Shown here in pieces: positions 42,515 to 42,982 of a DNA stretch of 42,982 bases. Below the pieces are notes generated by a model that saw only the letters and a program-made list of their open reading frames with translations, did no database searches and had not been told where the DNA came from. Source of the stretch: an uncultured Clostridia bacterium (GTDB taxonomy: Bacteria > Bacillota > Clostridia > Oscillospirales > CAG-272); the NCBI GenBank assembly GCA_947632285.1, contig CANROT010000002.1, positions 1 through 42,982 of the forward strand, given 5' to 3'. The translations under genes and the position numbers were made by a program. Position 1 is the stretch's first letter. Each line of letters starts with the position of its first letter.

Positions 42515-42854
42515 TTATTTCGATAATGCGGAATTTGACGACGTAATGCGCGTCCTTGCTGTCGGTTATGATCTTGTACTGTGACGGGGTGAAGCCCGCG
42601 TCGGTGAACTCCTCCTCCTGCGCTGCCGCCGATACTGCCGGCCTCGTACACATGCGCGGAAAGAGGACGCACCACCAGTTGTGGCCCGAGCCCTCACCGA
42701 TAATGACGCGCAGGGAGGTATAAGACCCCGCCGGGAGCGTCACCGTGCCGTATGAGCGGCGCGGATATTTTTCCTCGGTCAATGTCGCCGCGACGGATTC
42801 AGTATGTCCCGCGTCCGTGACGATCTCTGCCGCCGCGCTTTCTATCTCCGGCAA
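42495..42854 (-). CDS. spoIIR: Stage II sporulation protein R, C-terminal two-thirds only (the 5' part is missing at a junction)
   Basis: [12 protein letters not shown]...[40 protein letters not shown]...[14 protein letters not shown] matches the SpoIIR core, including the G-x-NWWCVLFP motif. The first codon of the track ORF is TTG (Leu in context). The in-frame upstream sequence ([10 protein letters not shown]) is not SpoIIR-like. Confidence 0.7.
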   Translation of the reverse strand: MPEIESAAAEIVTDAGHTESVAATLTEEKYPRRSYGTVTLPAGSYTSLRVIIGEGSGHNWWCVLFPRMCTRPAVSAAAQEEEFTDAGFTPSQYKIITDSKDAHYVVKFRIIEIIRSLFD

Positions 42855-42856
42855 AA

Positions 42857-42982
42857 GCGAGCGAACTCGACACCCAGATCGACTTCGACAACCTCGTCGC
42901 GAAGGGTTCCATGATGGGCTCGGGCGGTCTCATCGTGCTCGATGAGGACGACTGCATGGTCGATATCTCCAAATTCTACCTC
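42857..42982 (+). CDS. Internal fragment of a NuoF/HydB-like (NADH dehydrogenase 51-kDa-type) subunit gene, running off the window
   Basis: My plus-strand translation ...[41 protein letters not shown] matches the conserved GSMMGSGG-x-IV-x-DE-x-x-CMVD block of NuoF/HydB. No start codon or upstream part of this gene is present. Confidence 0.7.

Overview
High-GC chromosomal segment (about two-thirds G+C by eye). Its gene content fits a spore-forming Clostridia-class Firmicute: pdaA-like deacetylase, spoIIR, hprK, ylbF, ECF folT. Most of the window is core housekeeping. It holds two tandem CE4 polysaccharide deacetylases, a D-lyxose/mannose isomerase plus PfkB kinase pair, mrnC, mscL, a DtxR-family regulator, thrC, and a large GH127 (DUF1680) enzyme. 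On the minus strand sits a miaB-ylbF-mutS-mutL-tgt block. A complete, translationally coupled shikimate/Phe/Tyr supraoperon follows (pheA-aroB-aroC-aroE::aroK-aroQ-aroA-tyrA-DAHP synthase), then hprK, folT-folC, a lipoprotein, an acyltransferase_3 protein and spoIIR. I saw no rRNA, tRNA, CRISPR array, transposase or integrase. Things worth a second look: (1) A consensus promoter, a 25-codon ORF rich in Phe/Tyr codons (MPRFYRGCFYFYTRR...) and an intrinsic terminator lie directly upstream of the aromatic operon. This looks like a ribosome-mediated attenuator and I found no T-box core. (2) A strongly AT-rich ~1.9 kb islet (about 1500-3400) encodes an orphan 2-TM/coiled-coil membrane protein. It is divergent from two overlapping XRE paralogs, with a 12-bp inverted repeat across the divergent promoters. 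This is the best candidate here for an undescribed accessory or conflict module. (3) A THF riboswitch with an anti-SD segment lies upstream of folT-folC. (4) A miniaturised, catalytically degenerate iPGM/ApgM-like protein sits in front of thrC. (5) The GH127 enzyme has an N-terminal CARDB/DUF11-like domain and an internal TM hairpin that looks like a gene fusion. (6) A signal-less two-domain DUF11 protein has a structured leader. (7) At about 42840-42865 an abrupt junction cuts off the 5' part of spoIIR and abuts a NuoF/HydB-like fragment, suggesting a rearrangement or assembly chimera. The many long antisense ORFs in the track are GC-driven shadow ORFs and were rejected.
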